NCBI GenBank assembly: GCA_033442325.1
Contig: JAWQFM010000029.1
Span: 557,332-582,587, forward strand
Length of the DNA: 25,256 nt
From: Salpingoeca rosetta
Taxonomy: Eukaryota; Protista; Choanoflagellata
Reading direction: 5' to 3'
The notes under the pieces are model-generated. The model worked only from the letters and a program-made list of their open reading frames with translations. It searched no databases and was not told the origin of the DNA. Positions 10,401 to 22,018 of the stretch are shown piece by piece. The translations under genes and the position numbers were made by a program. How positions within the stretch are numbered: the first letter of the stretch is position 1; each line of letters begins with the position of its first letter.

Positions 10401-12545
10401 TGAGGACACGCAGAAGCCCGTAATCAAGCTGCGTGGCGCGGATCCGCAGCTGGCGCAGGTTGGGTTCCCCTGGCTAGACCCCTCTGTGGACCTTGCTACG
10501 GACCGGTGCCACCAGGAGCTGACGCCGTTTGTTGAGGTGGTGAACCCGCCCAACACGACGCAGGTCGGCAACGTGACGGTGTTCTACCGGGTTGAGGACG
10601 CGTGCGGGTATGTTGGGCTGGCGAACCGCACGGTGCATGTGCGGGACACGCTGCCGCCGGAGGTTGAGGTGCTTGGGCCCGGGGAGATGTTTGTGCGGGC
10701 CGGCTCGACGTTCTACGACCCGGGCGTGCGTGCGCGGGACAACGTGTGGCCGACGGTGAGCGTGGAGACGGTTGTTGTTGCGGACGGCGCAGAGTCGCGG
10801 GCGGTGCACGAGGCGCCGCAGGCGCAGGGGCGCGAGGTGTTCCATGTTGTGTACACGGTGCGGGATGGCAGCGACAACCAGGTGACGCAGGTTGGGCGGA
10901 CGGTGCACGTGCTTGCGGCGCCGGAGCGGTCGCCTGCGTCGTCGTCAGCAACACTGTCGTTTGACTTTGGGGTGACGCTTGCTGTTGCGGATGTGCCTGG
11001 CGGCGGTGCTGGCGGTGCTGGCGGGCGGCGCGAGGTGTACTCTGTTGCGCGGGCGGTGACGAGCGTGTCGGTGGACCCGGCTGCGCACACGCTTGAGGCG
11101 GACGGGCTGGACGTTGTGCTTGGCGGGGACGTGGAGGACTTTGTGGTTGAGGGCGGAGACGGCAGCAGCGCGTCGCCGGGGGCGGCGTATGTTGAGCTGC
11201 ACGTTGTTGTTGGGGGCGCAACGGCGGACGTGGTTGAGGCTGCGCGGGCGTCGCCCAAGGTTGAGGCGATGACTGAGCTGACACGCGCGGTGTCGTTCTT
11301 TGGCTCGATGCGCAACGCGGACGGCGACTGCGCGGGGCTGGACACGATTCCGGATGCGCTTGCGCGGCACGGACGCACGTATGTGAGCGCGGAGTGCGAG
11401 GGCTGCCTGTGCGTGTACGAGGCGCTTGAGCCGTCGTCGGAGGGCGAGTTTGATGCGCCGCAGCTTGAGGAGACGGTGCAGTACCACGTGACGCTGCGGC
11501 CGTCGGACAACCGGGCCTTCAACCTGGCGCAGCTGCGCCTCAAGCTTTACGAGCTGGGCGTTGTGCCGGTGCTGCTGCGCTTCGAGCCCACGCCGGCGCC
11601 CACGACAACGACCACCACCTCCACCACATCCGCCGCCACCACCACTGACACCACGACAAGCGCTGCACCGACGTCTGCTGCTGCAGGTGGCGCTGGCACA
11701 GCTGCGGCAAACGCGACCGCTGTCAGTGGCAACGCAACAGCAACAGTGACTGCAACGGGTGGTGCTGGTACATCGTCCAGCACAACGACGACGAGCACGA
11801 CGACGACGACGAGCACGACGACGACCACGACGCAGGCTGTTGAAGCAGTGACGTTTGTGACGCGAACGCCGTTGCCAAAGGGAAGCGATGCACTGCTGCC
11901 TGCGCGGGCTGTTGTTGAGAATGTGCGTGCGGTTGTTGCGACGCGGGTGGAGATGGCTGTGACGCCTGACCTGACGCGGGTGACGCTGCTGAACCAGTTC
12001 TACCACCTCGGCATCGTTCCCAAGACGTGGTCCATGGGTAAGCCTACAAGTTTGTGTGTGTGTGTGTGTGTTTTTGTTCTTGTGGAGTGGAGAGGGAATG
12101 TTGCTGGGGTGTGGTTGTAGTATGTTGCCCCACGTGGACGGGCTTGCTCTTGTGTGTTTGTTGTCGTTACGTTACGTTACGTTTGTGTGTGTATGTGTGT
12201 GTGTGTGTGTGTGTGTCGACATGCTATCCCATGTGCGGTGGTATGGAAGGTGCTGGGGATGCTTGCATCCGTGATGTGCACTACTGTCCTGTGCGTTTGC
12301 TCACACGCGCGTTTGCGTGGTGTCTTGGGTTGTGCTGAAATGCAGAGGCACGCGAGTCTGAGACGGTGCTTGTTGTTGTGACGTACAACGACGTGACGGC
12401 GGCAGCGGTGGCTACGCTGGAGAACGAGGTGACGTGGGTGCTGGGTGCCGGTGTCTGTGACGTACCTGTCGACGGAGCCGCTTACGCCGCCCGCGTGGTC
12501 GTGCAACTACACGGTGGACACGGCCCGGTGTTGGGGCGAACATGA
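723..12545 (+). CDS. Giant secreted/cell-surface multidomain protein (JmjC oxygenase + Cys-Asp repeat + sushi + HYR-like repeats), about 2884 aa as the sequence reads
   Basis: Phase-consistent GT-AG exons: 723-1076, 1402-2586, 2875-2945, 3073-3195, 3338-3499, 3622-3678, 3784-3857, 3983-4135, 4315-4435, 4614-4937, 5179-5549, 5789-6574, 6798-6916, 7145-7310, 7649-12037, 12346-12545 (TGA reached after an apparent frameshift near 12444). Total 8655 nt = 2885 codons including the stop. The ancestral gene evidently continued to 14672. Confidence 0.85.
870..2100 (+). other. JmjC/cupin 2-oxoglutarate Fe(II) oxygenase domain, ribosomal-oxygenase (NO66/MINA53/ycfD, Cupin_4) type
   Basis: VFGTESTVHLYHATQNESRALMPHTDPYDVLVIQLHGSKRW...FTLRAGDTMYMPKGIIHFA...SSHLTISL matches the NO66-type pattern PHxD..xFVLQLxGxKxW...LxPGDxLYxPRGxIHxA...SLHLT. 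His is at 1624, Asp at 1630 and the distal His at 2029; the 2OG-binding Lys in GSKRW is present. Confidence 0.9.
1179..1294 (+). repeat. 41-bp direct repeat in intron 1 of gene 1
   Basis: tcttgcctcctccccttgcccttggccttgtgcgttgcctt occurs at 1179-1219 and 1254-1294. Confidence 0.9.
2878..2889 (+). other. Proprotein convertase (furin/kexin-type) site RVRR
   Basis: The spliced junction reads ...MHVPQM-ERVRR/ATVTAAYTCNTG. This fits the R-x-R-R consensus and sits exactly between the oxygenase region and the Cys repeat. Confidence 0.7.
2914..4690 (+). repeat. Coding Cys-x-x-x repeat array (C[D/N]x[G/S]) spread over 8 exons
   Basis: Example: CDTGCDICTTGCDSLCDDSCNTGCDTGCTLSCDTGCDTGCNTGCDWSCDS. Hand count gives about 67 Cys units in about 265 aa, about 52 with Asp/Asn directly after Cys, and no Lys/Arg/His. 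Confidence 0.9.
4268..4310. repeat. (GCTGT)n pentanucleotide microsatellite abutting a 3' splice site
   Basis: tgtgctgtgctgt...gtgct directly before the ttag acceptor at 4314. Confidence 0.9.
4690..5285 (+). other. TNFR/GCC2-GCC3 (ephrin-receptor-like) Cys-rich modules
   Basis: CNPGYYGSGTSCTACGPNTYSASSGQSSCTPCGSC...CPAGSERTGCSGTSAGTCSPCDSGTYK...CSPCGSCAAGYYLAGC. A second such stretch lies at about 6420-6890 (CPANSYAPSPTQPCASCPSGTST). Confidence 0.65.
5294..7291 (+). other. Six sushi/CCP domains (five tandem at 5294-6414, sixth at about 6897-7291)
   Basis: Repeated C..P....[HN]G......YP..A.[YF].C..GY.L.G.....C..DGTW....P.C pattern. Confidence 0.9.
5550..5628. repeat. (TG)n microsatellite beginning at a 5' splice site
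   Basis: The donor GT is the first unit of the repeat; the same is seen at 19200-19250. Confidence 0.95.
7301..7730 (+). other. Myxococcus-type cysteine-rich repeat (DUF4215-like), split by an intron
   Basis: Spliced sequence CGDGLVVDGEECDDGNTDDGDGCSSTCQLE. Confidence 0.85.
7780..10914 (+). repeat. About 9-10 HYR-like Ig-fold repeats followed by two DUF5011-like domains
   Basis: Units are delimited by V.D.T.P (DDTKP, DVTKP, DKTAP, DTTGP, DTREP, DAAAP, DTLAP, DSAEP, DTTAP) and carry D.CG[N] motifs. They are followed by DTQKPVIKLRGADP and DTLPPEVEVLG...FYDPGVRARD...VYTVRDGSDN...RTVHV. Confidence 0.8.
11587..11832 (+). repeat. Thr/Ala-rich mucin-like low-complexity segment
   Basis: PTPAPTTTTTTSTTSAATTTDTTTSAAP...STTTTSTTTTTSTTTTTTQ encoded by ACG/ACC repeats. 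Confidence 0.85.
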
Positions 12546-14672
12546 CTGGCGCTGCAGCGGCGGTGAACGAGACGCTGCACATGCAGGGGCTGACGCAGGG
12601 GGTCGACTACCGACTGCACGGGTGCGACGGCGACGTGAATGCGAGCGCAGCGTGTGTGATTGAGACGCGTGCTGCGCTTGGCGGCGGTGTACTGCTTGCG
12701 CTTGAGGCGTGGCCGGCGGTGGTTGCTGTTCGGGATGACGGATGCGTGACGCTGGACGACCTCCTGCTCGCCTCCATCAAGGCCAAGCTTGGTAGGGTGT
12801 GATGTTTGGGGTGTTTGTGCATGAGATTTGTGTGTGTGTGTGTGTGTATTCGAGTGTGTGGGCTGTGTATGGGCTGTGTATGGGCTGTGTGTGTTGTCTG
12901 CACTCGTCGTTGTGTGTGTGTATTGTGCTGCTGTGCCGTTGCCTGCAAGCAATGATACTCACGTGGAACACTGTGCCATGTTGGTGCTGCTGCGTGTGTG
13001 CTGGTTGACAGGTGGTCTGCTGCCGTACCCGGTGGACCGGGTGACGTTTAGCGTGGATGATCCGAGCCTGCGTCGTTCATCACAGGTCGGCATGTTGGAA
13101 GAAGGGTGTGTGTGACTGGCACAGATCAATGTGCGCGTGGGTGTGTTTGGGTATGGGTGTTGATGTTTGATTTGGGATGTGCACTGTCAGCTCGTGTTGT
13201 TGTGGTGCATGTCTACTGGCAGCAACGCATATGCATGTGCGCTGGTGCACGTGCTGACTCGCTTTCATCCACAGCTCATGCACAACAAACATACACCACA
13301 TACCTACCTCATCATCACCAACACCCGAACCACCCACATGCACACGCAGGTGTCTGTGACGGTTGGGTTTGGTGGGGTGAGCGACCCTGCTGTGATTGCT
13401 GGGAGCCCTGGCGCGGACTTTGATGTGCCGGATGACCGGTACGAGCTTCGGTTCCAGGTTGTCAACGCGACGGATGCCGAGGCGCTGGCGCTTTCGGCGC
13501 TGGATGCTGCACGTGTGCCGACGATTGAGGTTGAGGTGAACGGAGACCAGGTCCGTGCCGTTGTTGTGACGCGGCTGAGCGGCGACCATGTTGCAGTCTT
13601 GGATGCGCAGCCAGATGTTGTCAACGGCACCATTGTTGGTCCAGGTTGGTATATTCGTGTGCATGTGAATGTTTGCGCGCACGTGCGTGTGCATTTGTGT
13701 GTTGTGCACTTCGCTTGTATTTGTGTGTGCGTGTGCGTGTACTGCTTGCACTTGCATGCAGGCATGTGTATGGTCGGTCACACGTGTGTGTGTGTGAGTG
13801 ATGTGATTGCGCGGAGAAGCACTTGCTTTGCTTGGGACAATGACGGATGCGCTTGCAACGACGTTGCCTGTCTTGCACTGACGCTGAGGCTGACTCTGTG
13901 TGTGTGTGACTCTTGACAACTGTTGTGCTGGGCCGTACCTCACCGCGTTTGGTTTGCATGGCTGCTGTTTTGCTGCTGTAGTGTCGCTGAATGCGCAGCT
14001 GGCGCTTGAGGATGCAATTGAGGCGCTGCTGCGGCTTGTGCGGCGCGGGGAGGTGGAGGCGATTGTTCTGGGCCGCCGCGTGCCTGCGGTGACCATTGAG
14101 CGGCGCACAAGGCAGCCAAGGAGCGACAGACGGTGGCGTTCACGAACCCGGCATACGACACGCCAGGCGACATCACGGCGTGGGGCGCTGACGACACTGG
14201 CGAGTACCAGGACTTTGATGCTGTGCAGGGCGATGGCAACGACCTGTACGATGAGCCTGCACTGGCGCATGGCAAGGGCCGCGTTGTGCACAACCCGCTG
14301 TACGACGGCGTTGATGAGGATGCGGCGATGCTTGGTATGTACGCAGATGCAAGCATGCTGCGGTCCAGCGGCGGCGGCGGCGGCGGTGAGGATGACGCTG
14401 GCGAGACATACATGGCCATTGGCGAAGAGGGTGCTGTGCTGTTTGGTGACGAGGAGGAGGGTGTGGACGAGGCAGACTATGCCGACTTGGAGGAGATAGG
14501 GTACCTTGACGTTGGGCCCGAAGCTGAGGGTGATGGCGCTGATGGCGATGATGCTGACGTGGAGGCGATGTACGAGGACATGGCAGACACGTCTGACGAG
14601 GAGCACGGGTTTGGGTCAGACTATGACGAGGTGGACGGAGCCCAGGCTGCCGCAGAGGATTCCGATGAGTGA
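12346..14672 (+). pseudogene. Disrupted 3' portion of gene 1 (two frameshifts, TM deleted, Tyr-rich tail out of frame)
   Basis: Exon 12346-12791 needs three frames (shifts near 12444 and 12523). Exons 13012-13085, 13350-13644 and 13982-14100 match the - strand paralog. At 14100/14101 the sequence jumps to the cytoplasmic tail, which is open in a different frame to TGA 14672. Confidence 0.7.
12885..14160 (+). repeat. Inverted segmental repeat, left copy
   Basis: 12885-14100 is the reverse complement of 24042-25256 (roughly 15 differences by eye, introns included). 14101-14160 is identical to the reverse complement of 23348-23407. Confidence 0.95.
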
Positions 14673-15513
14673 TGCGGCGATGCGGTGATGCGGGGCTTTG
14701 AGCACGCATGTTGTGTTTGTGATTTGTTCATTTTGTCGTTTACTTGCCGTTGTGGTTTGTGTTCGTTGCTTTGATTTGCTGCTGCCTCTCTGAGCTGAAC
14801 GGCTTTGGTGAGGGAGGGATGTTTGCTCAAGCCTTCTTGGTCCGCCAGTTCTGTGCTTCCTTTTTATGTTTTAAACGCTTAGCTGCGAGCGATCAAGTGT
14901 GTTTTGGATTTGTGTGTGAGGCATGATTGGGTGGTTTTGATGTTTTGTTGCAGGCACTCACTCACTTGCTGCAGTGTTTCATTTGTCCTTTCATCTGCTG
15001 TTGGTGCTTCTTTCTTCGCCTTGGCTACTCCCTTTTCCGCTACTTGTTGGTTTTGCAAGTGCATGTTCGTTCCTGCTGCACCTTACTCAGTTACTCTCCT
15101 GTTATCCTACGCTTGCTGTTGCGCAGTTGAACAAGTACACGAAGCGAGGCGAGATATCAAAGGGAGGAAGAAGATAAGTTCTTTCAAGGGCAAAGGTCCA
15201 TATACAAGAGATACAGAGAGATACGTGTCCCCAAGGACCCCGCAACTCCTCGCAGTCAGTCGTCAAGGTAAAGAAGGTCACAACATCAAGACAGCAAGAC
15301 GATCCTTGAAGCCTTGGGCCTTTGGGCAACTTTGCTTCCTTGCTTGCAAGCACAAGCACAACGCGTTGGACATTTTGCAAATTGCACCTGCCCCCTGCAA
15401 TTGGCACAGTGTTAGCAAATGGAAACAACTAAGAGAAGCAAGCGACCTGCAACACCACCACCAGCACTGTCATCGCCATCCATCAATCTCATCCATCGCG
15501 TTCAGAGGGGGGA

Positions 15514-16030
15514 ATGTGGCAGGTCGGAAGGCTGCAGGCTCAGCCATCAGCCCAGGCTCTGAGCAGGCACCTGCGGCGCTTCCATGCTGCGAGAAGCGTG
15601 TCTTCGCCCAAGCCCACCAATGCAGCCCACCAAGCAGCCGTTGTTTCTTATTATGACGTGCTTGGCGTTGACCGCTCCGCCTCTGCACAGGACATCAAGA
15701 AGGCTTATTATCAACAGTCCAAGGTGCGTTGCGGCAAACAATTTGCCTGAGCGTGCAGTGGAAAGTGGTGATAGGGGATGGTTGGGGGATGGGTGGCGTG
15801 TACCTTCACCTTTTTCTTCCCATGGTCGCATGAACTCCCCACACTTTTGTGCCTTCACGTCTCATTGCTTTGTTTGTTGTGTTTGTTCAGATCTGGCATC
15901 CAGACAAGAACCCCGGAGACGCAGATGCCGCGGACCGCTTTGCTTTGTTGACTGAGGCATACAACATCCTTTCACAGGTGTGTGAGACGCCGTTTAAGCG
16001 CTGGGGGGGGGGGCTGCGTGCATGTGCGTA

Positions 16031-16067
<37 letters not shown>

Positions 16068-16555
16068 CGCGTCATAGAAACGCCAGTGCTGTTGTCGAAC
16101 TGTGTATTGATGTGAGTCCTTGTGACTGGGCCCTTTCTGCCAGACCGAATCCAGAGCGCAGTATGACCGCGGAGCCGCTGTGTCGACACAGGTGCGTGCG
16201 TAGGTGCGTATGTGCGAGCTTGGGAGAGTGAGTGGGAGAGTGAGTGAGCATGTCAACGGTCATGTATGCATTCGGATTCATTTCAACATGCGTTCGATGT
16301 GGTCCTCAGCATGCTTGTTCGCGTGCTATAGACTGCTTTGTTGCTGTGTGCATCATCATTCCCGTCCAGTGTTTGTCAGCACGGGTTTGGCAACATGCTC
16401 ATGACGTTGGTGGTGTCATACAGCCTGGTGCGTCGCCCGGGCCGGTGTTTCGAAACCAAAGGCGTCAGGGACCACTGAACTACAACACACAGTTTGACTT
16501 TCAGGTGTGCGTGCGTGCGTGCGTGGATGCGTGCGTGCGTGTGTGTGTGCGTGTG

Positions 16556-16589
<34 letters not shown>

Positions 16590-17104
16590 CGTGCGTGCGT
16601 GTGTCTTTGTGTGTGCGCGTATGTGTGTGTGTGTGTGGGGGGGGGGCTCATCTGTCTTCGCACAAGATGATTCACATGCCATCTCATCGCACCCTTCATG
16701 CCCTGCTTGTTTTCGTCCATTCCCCTTTGTTCCACCACACTTTCCGTCCTTTTCTTTTCCGCTCGCTTTGTTTGCACAGGAATATTACAAGAAACACTAT
16801 GGAGACGCCATCCGACGAAAGAAGGAACGCGAGCAGCGCTTCGAGCGATACAAGCATGTCCTGGACCAAGACACAGGTAGGCGTGTACATGCGTGTGTGA
16901 ACATGTGCGTGCGTGCGTGCGTGCGTGCGTGTGTATGTATGTATTTCGCTGTCCTTTGTGGGCTGCATTCGGACAGTGTGGTGTCTTCTTCCGCGTCGTT
17001 CTCTTCTCCTCACACACACGCACATGTGCGCGTGTGTGTTTGCAGGGAACTTTGTTACCCTGTTGACGTTTTGCCTCATGTGCGCGTATGTGCTCACAAA
17101 GTAA
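15514..17104 (+). CDS. DnaJ/Hsp40 type III protein, DNAJC30-like, probably mitochondrial, 193 aa
   Basis: Exons 15514-15723, 15891-15977, 16144-16191, 16424-16504, 16780-16876, 17046-17104 (582 nt). Arg/Ser/Ala-rich presequence; J domain [33 protein letters not shown]...EAYNILS...RAQYD; [12 protein letters not shown] motif resembling DNAJC30; hydrophobic C-terminus. Confidence 0.88.
16030..16066. repeat. (ATG)n microsatellite in a DnaJ intron
   Basis: atgatgatg... run; it produces the spurious poly-Met/poly-His ORFs. Confidence 0.95.
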
Positions 17105-17205
17105 AACCCCCAGAGACTGCTCGGCAAGGCGGTGCTGTTGGTGAAGAAGGAGGGGGAAGACATTAACTGCAGCAGTGGATGTAGCAGTGGTTGTAACAGC
17201 AAGCG

Positions 17206-17323
<118 letters not shown>

Positions 17324-17401
17324 GTGCGCTCTGCGCATCGAGTTCAAATTTTTCTCTCCTCATCCCCATCTTTTGCGCATTCACACTTGAACCGCACATA
17401 G

Positions 17402-17825
17402 CCTGGCCAAGAAGACTGGATCTGTTATCTTCGACCGCGCCTACGTCCAACAAGGTTTGGCATTTGAGCCACCCACATCACAGACGTACATCGTAGACAC
17501 ACATCGTAGACACACATCGCAGCAGCCACCGCTTCAACGCACGCTGCTTGCACACGTGATGCCACGTTCTCACGCATATTTGCACGTGCTTGTGTACTTC
17601 CAGCCATTTGCTGCCCAAGCCGATCGTCCTTCCTGACAGGCCGACGCCCGGATACTACCAAAGTCTGGGACCTCGACACGTACTGGCGGCAGGCTGGCGG
17701 AAACTTCACCACCTTGCCAGAGGTGTTCAAGGAGAGCGGTTACTGGACCGTGGGCATGGGCAAAGGTCGGCAGCAAGCATACCCCTCAATGAAACCGCAT
17801 GTTCCGCTCCATGCACCCAAACCTG

Positions 17826-17920
<95 letters not shown>

Positions 17921-18994
17921 ACACGCACGCACAGACACATACACACACACGCACACACACATACACAGACACACACGCACAGACACACACACATACACGC
18001 GCAGACACACACACACATACAAACCGCACTGCCTGTGTCTTCATTCCCTCCCCCCCCGGCCTGCGCTACTTGGCTGCAGTGTTTCATCCGGGCTTCAAGG
18101 ACGATGCACCGTATTCATGGTCGGAGCCATATTACCACCCAGATGACGGTGGCATTGGCGAGAACATGACAGACTGCTACACGGAAGTGAAGGAGCCGGT
18201 ACGTTTGATAATCAAGACCATTGATTCGCTGGCACTGCCTGTCTTGCCTGCAGTAGACGAAGAAGTGTAACTTCTTTTTTTTTTTGTCTTGCATACGCTC
18301 CCGTGTTTGCACGTGTGGAAGGACTTCAAACGTTGCACTTCTGCGCACGCTTGAACACAATTATCAAGCCGTGTGGGGCTCACACATGCGCTCGTGCGCA
18401 TCTGCTGTCTTGTGGTTGTTGCTTCCACCCAGATTACGGACGATGACATCAGTGACGGCATGGTGGCGCGCTATGCAGGTGTGTTGACCATGTACCCCGC
18501 CGCGTTTGCTGTCGTGCCGTGTCGGCAGTTGGCAGTTTGGTTCTGCGAGCGGGCGTGTCTGTGTATGTGTATGTGTATGCATGTGTATGTGCATGTGTAT
18601 GTGTATGTGTGCGTGCTTTGCAACTTCTTGCTTGGTTGTCTCAAACGGTCGTGAATGGGCACAGCGATGCACTAACCGTTGTCAAGGGTGCGCTCGAAAT
18701 ACTTATTCACCACTTCACATTGCAATCTTACGGTCTACCTCCGTGTGTTTGTGTGGCGTCAGAGCGAATGCTTCAGGAGGCGGCAAAGAAGAAGAATCCT
18801 TTCTTCGTCGCCGTTGGGTGCGTCTCACTTGTGCATCACACACCACCTCATGTACAGCCTTGATTGGTGCCTGATATGCGCGTGTTAAGGTGCGCACGTG
18901 CACACAGTGCATATGACACGGTGCAATGTGCACGCAATACCGGTCGTTGGGACATTTAGCGACAGCTATTGTCGAGTTCACTCCCACCTTCGCT

Positions 18995-19063
<69 letters not shown>

Positions 19064-19197
19064 ACAAAATGTCCACAGGTTCCGCCGTCCTCACATGCCG
19101 TGGAATGTGCCGGCCAAGTACTACGACATGTACCCGCCGTCCAACATCACGCTCGCCGACCACAACCAGCCGCCAAAGAACTACGGCGACGCACAGA

Positions 19198-19253
<56 letters not shown>

Positions 19254-20082
19254 AGCTGTGTTTTATGTTATGTACTGCGTCGCGTGCGAACAGCGAGGAA
19301 TGGCGTCCTCGTGCGGTGGGTTGTCATGTCTTCTCATCGCCACCATCATCACTGCAACTACCATTCCACACGACGACGACGACGACCACCACCACCACCA
19401 CCAGTGGAGCTGGGATCCGCAGAGCGGGCCGCGGCACTGCGGATATATGAAGAAGATGTCGCAGGGCACCCCGCCCCCATATGGCGAATACGCGCTCGTT
19501 CCAGACTGGCTCTCGTTGCTCTTCCGCAGAGGTGGTGACCCGGCGGTGCTCTGGGGGAGGGGGCCGTTGTTGTTGTTGTTTAAGTTGCTGTTGTTGTTGT
19601 TTATGTTTAAGTTGTTGTTTGCTGGGGCGTGATGTGCTTTGCTGCACTTGTGCCGCCGCCCTGTGGCCGCATTGTCATGTGAAGTGAAGGGTGATGTTGT
19701 GGCTGGGCTGTGGTTGTGGTATTTGTGCTGCTTCACGGCTTGTGCTGCATCATTGGTGTTGGTGCTCTCGCCCCTTGTGTTCTCCGCAACCACCGTGCGT
19801 GCGCACGTTTTCGCTTCACACTCACCTCAACACACCCAATTCCACCATTTCCACTCAATCCCACCGCTCCCTTCGTCCATCTCCTTGCATGGTGGCTGTG
19901 CAGGGTACTTTGCGTCTGTGACTGCGACTGACCGCAACGTCGGGGTTGTGCTTGACGCGCTGCACAAGACGGGAAAGGCGAACAACACCATTATCATCTT
20001 CTTCGGCGATCATGGCTGGCACCTCGGTTCGTTCTCTCAACAACACCCCTGATTGGTTTCGTGCTGAGTCACCTGTGCAAAG

Positions 20083-20119
<37 letters not shown>

Positions 20120-21626
20120 TCGGCAGCATGTCTTGAGTCACATTCACGATGTCGTATCCCAGGAGACAACACACTTCCCTCCTCTCTTCACTCCTTCACT
20201 CGCACACACGTCCACAACAATGACAAGTTAGTGTTGATGCCAACACCAAACTCACCTTCTCCTCGTCCCATTTGCCGCCCTCATCCGACCACACTCCACC
20301 CTCATGTGTACCATTCTACCGCCAGGCGACCAGGGCGAGTTTGGAAAGAAGACCAACTTTGAGCGCGGGACGCGCACGCCACTCATTGTCCACATCCCAC
20401 CCTCGCTGCAGCACGGTGCGTGTATGTATGTATGTATGTGTATGTGTGCGTGCTTTTGTGTGCATGCATCTGTTGTGAGTGCATGCTGACACCTCACGAT
20501 TCACCCCATCCCCCCCTTTGTCGTGCAACAATTCACTCGCGCGTCCCCACCAACCCACTCACCAACACCAGAGTTCCCCGAATTGTACAAGAAGCAAGGA
20601 GGTGCGGATTGTTCTCGACGGTTTTCGCCATGACGCGTGCTGACGTGACAATGCCCCTACATTGCAAGCACATGCACACTGTTTCTCTCGCTCCGTTTTC
20701 ACACGCTACTCGCACATAAGCACACACGCACACGAACACGCACACTAATCCCACAATCCCACAAACACACACACACACCACACGTCCATGCACAAACCCA
20801 CACCAACGTTGTCGCGCAGGCCAGCGAACCAACGCACTTGTTGAGTTTGTGGACATCATGCCAACCATCATGGATCTTGCCGGTCTCTCCGCCCCCGCCA
20901 TTTGCCCCAACGTGTCCAAGGACGTGAAGCTCTGTGCCGAGGGCGTCTCTCTCAGGTGTGAACATGCGGCTGCTTTCGTTGCTCGCTCCCTGGCTTGCTG
21001 TTGATTTCGTTGGTTGTGTCTCCTTCGTTCTTCGATGATGGCAGTACGAAGCGGGGCCTGTGTTAGTGTTCTGCTGCGTTGTACTTGCGATTCGATTGCC
21101 CCGGTGCATGTGACGTGGGCCGTACTTGCACCCCATTCCCCCCGCCTCCACCTCCTCGTCTGGTTGCTCTTTGTGCTGCGAGTGCTTGCTTTCATCCACA
21201 CCCCATGTGCTCGTGCCATTAGCCACACTTATCATCGCCATTGGGCTTGTGCCAATATCACCGTGGATATGGGTACTTCTCACCAACTGTCCCCGCCCCG
21301 AAATACGACACGCACATATGTACAAACACGCACGTATACGCACACGCACACACGCACAGGCCCGTGCTGGCAAAGCCCTGGGCCTCCTCGGATTTCAAGG
21401 ACGTGAGTGGTGCAACATGTGCCAATTTGTTGCGTGGCTGCGCCATGAAGCCTGTGCTGAGAGCGAGCGTTTCTCTGCCCAGCCGTGTTTGTGGGCAATG
21501 CGCTGGCGTTCATTACATCGTACAGCCCAAAATCTTGTGCATGCAATTGTGGGTTTGCGTCCACTCTTTGCCCACACCCCGCTGCACTTGTCCACGTGGA
21601 TATGGTGCTTGCCACCCAAACTCTCA

Positions 21627-21671
<45 letters not shown>

Positions 21672-21960
21672 CAGGCCGTCTTTATGCAATACGCCCACTG
21701 CATGCATGACGATTTCATCTGGCACGACGGCTGCAAAGACCCCGCGGAGCCGAAGGTGATGGGTACGCCGTTCGCACACGCAGGTGGCGGTACATTGAGT
21801 GGGTGCGCATCGACAAGACAACCTTCCCGCCCACCATTCACTGGGACCAGGTGAGCTAATGGCCGCGCCTTTGGTTGTTGCGTGTGCAACCGCCACCGCA
21901 ATTAGGGCAGCTTGAGCAACCTGCAAGACACGCACGCACGCACGCACGCACGCAAGCACG

Positions 21961-22018
<58 letters not shown>

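Noticed and set aside
13900-14499. Arg/Thr-rich C-terminus in the frame continuing past the deletion junction
   Set aside because: An out-of-frame reading of the tail created by the deletion; no sign of function.
13080-14606. 508-aa minus ORF, and its mirror 23307-25064 (+, 585 aa)
   Set aside because: Antisense to real exons and running through microsatellite introns; their similarity simply reflects the inverted repeat.
14904-15656. 250-aa ORF upstream of DnaJ
   Set aside because: Non-ATG start, no domain, intergenic-like composition, and it overlaps DnaJ exon 1 in another frame.
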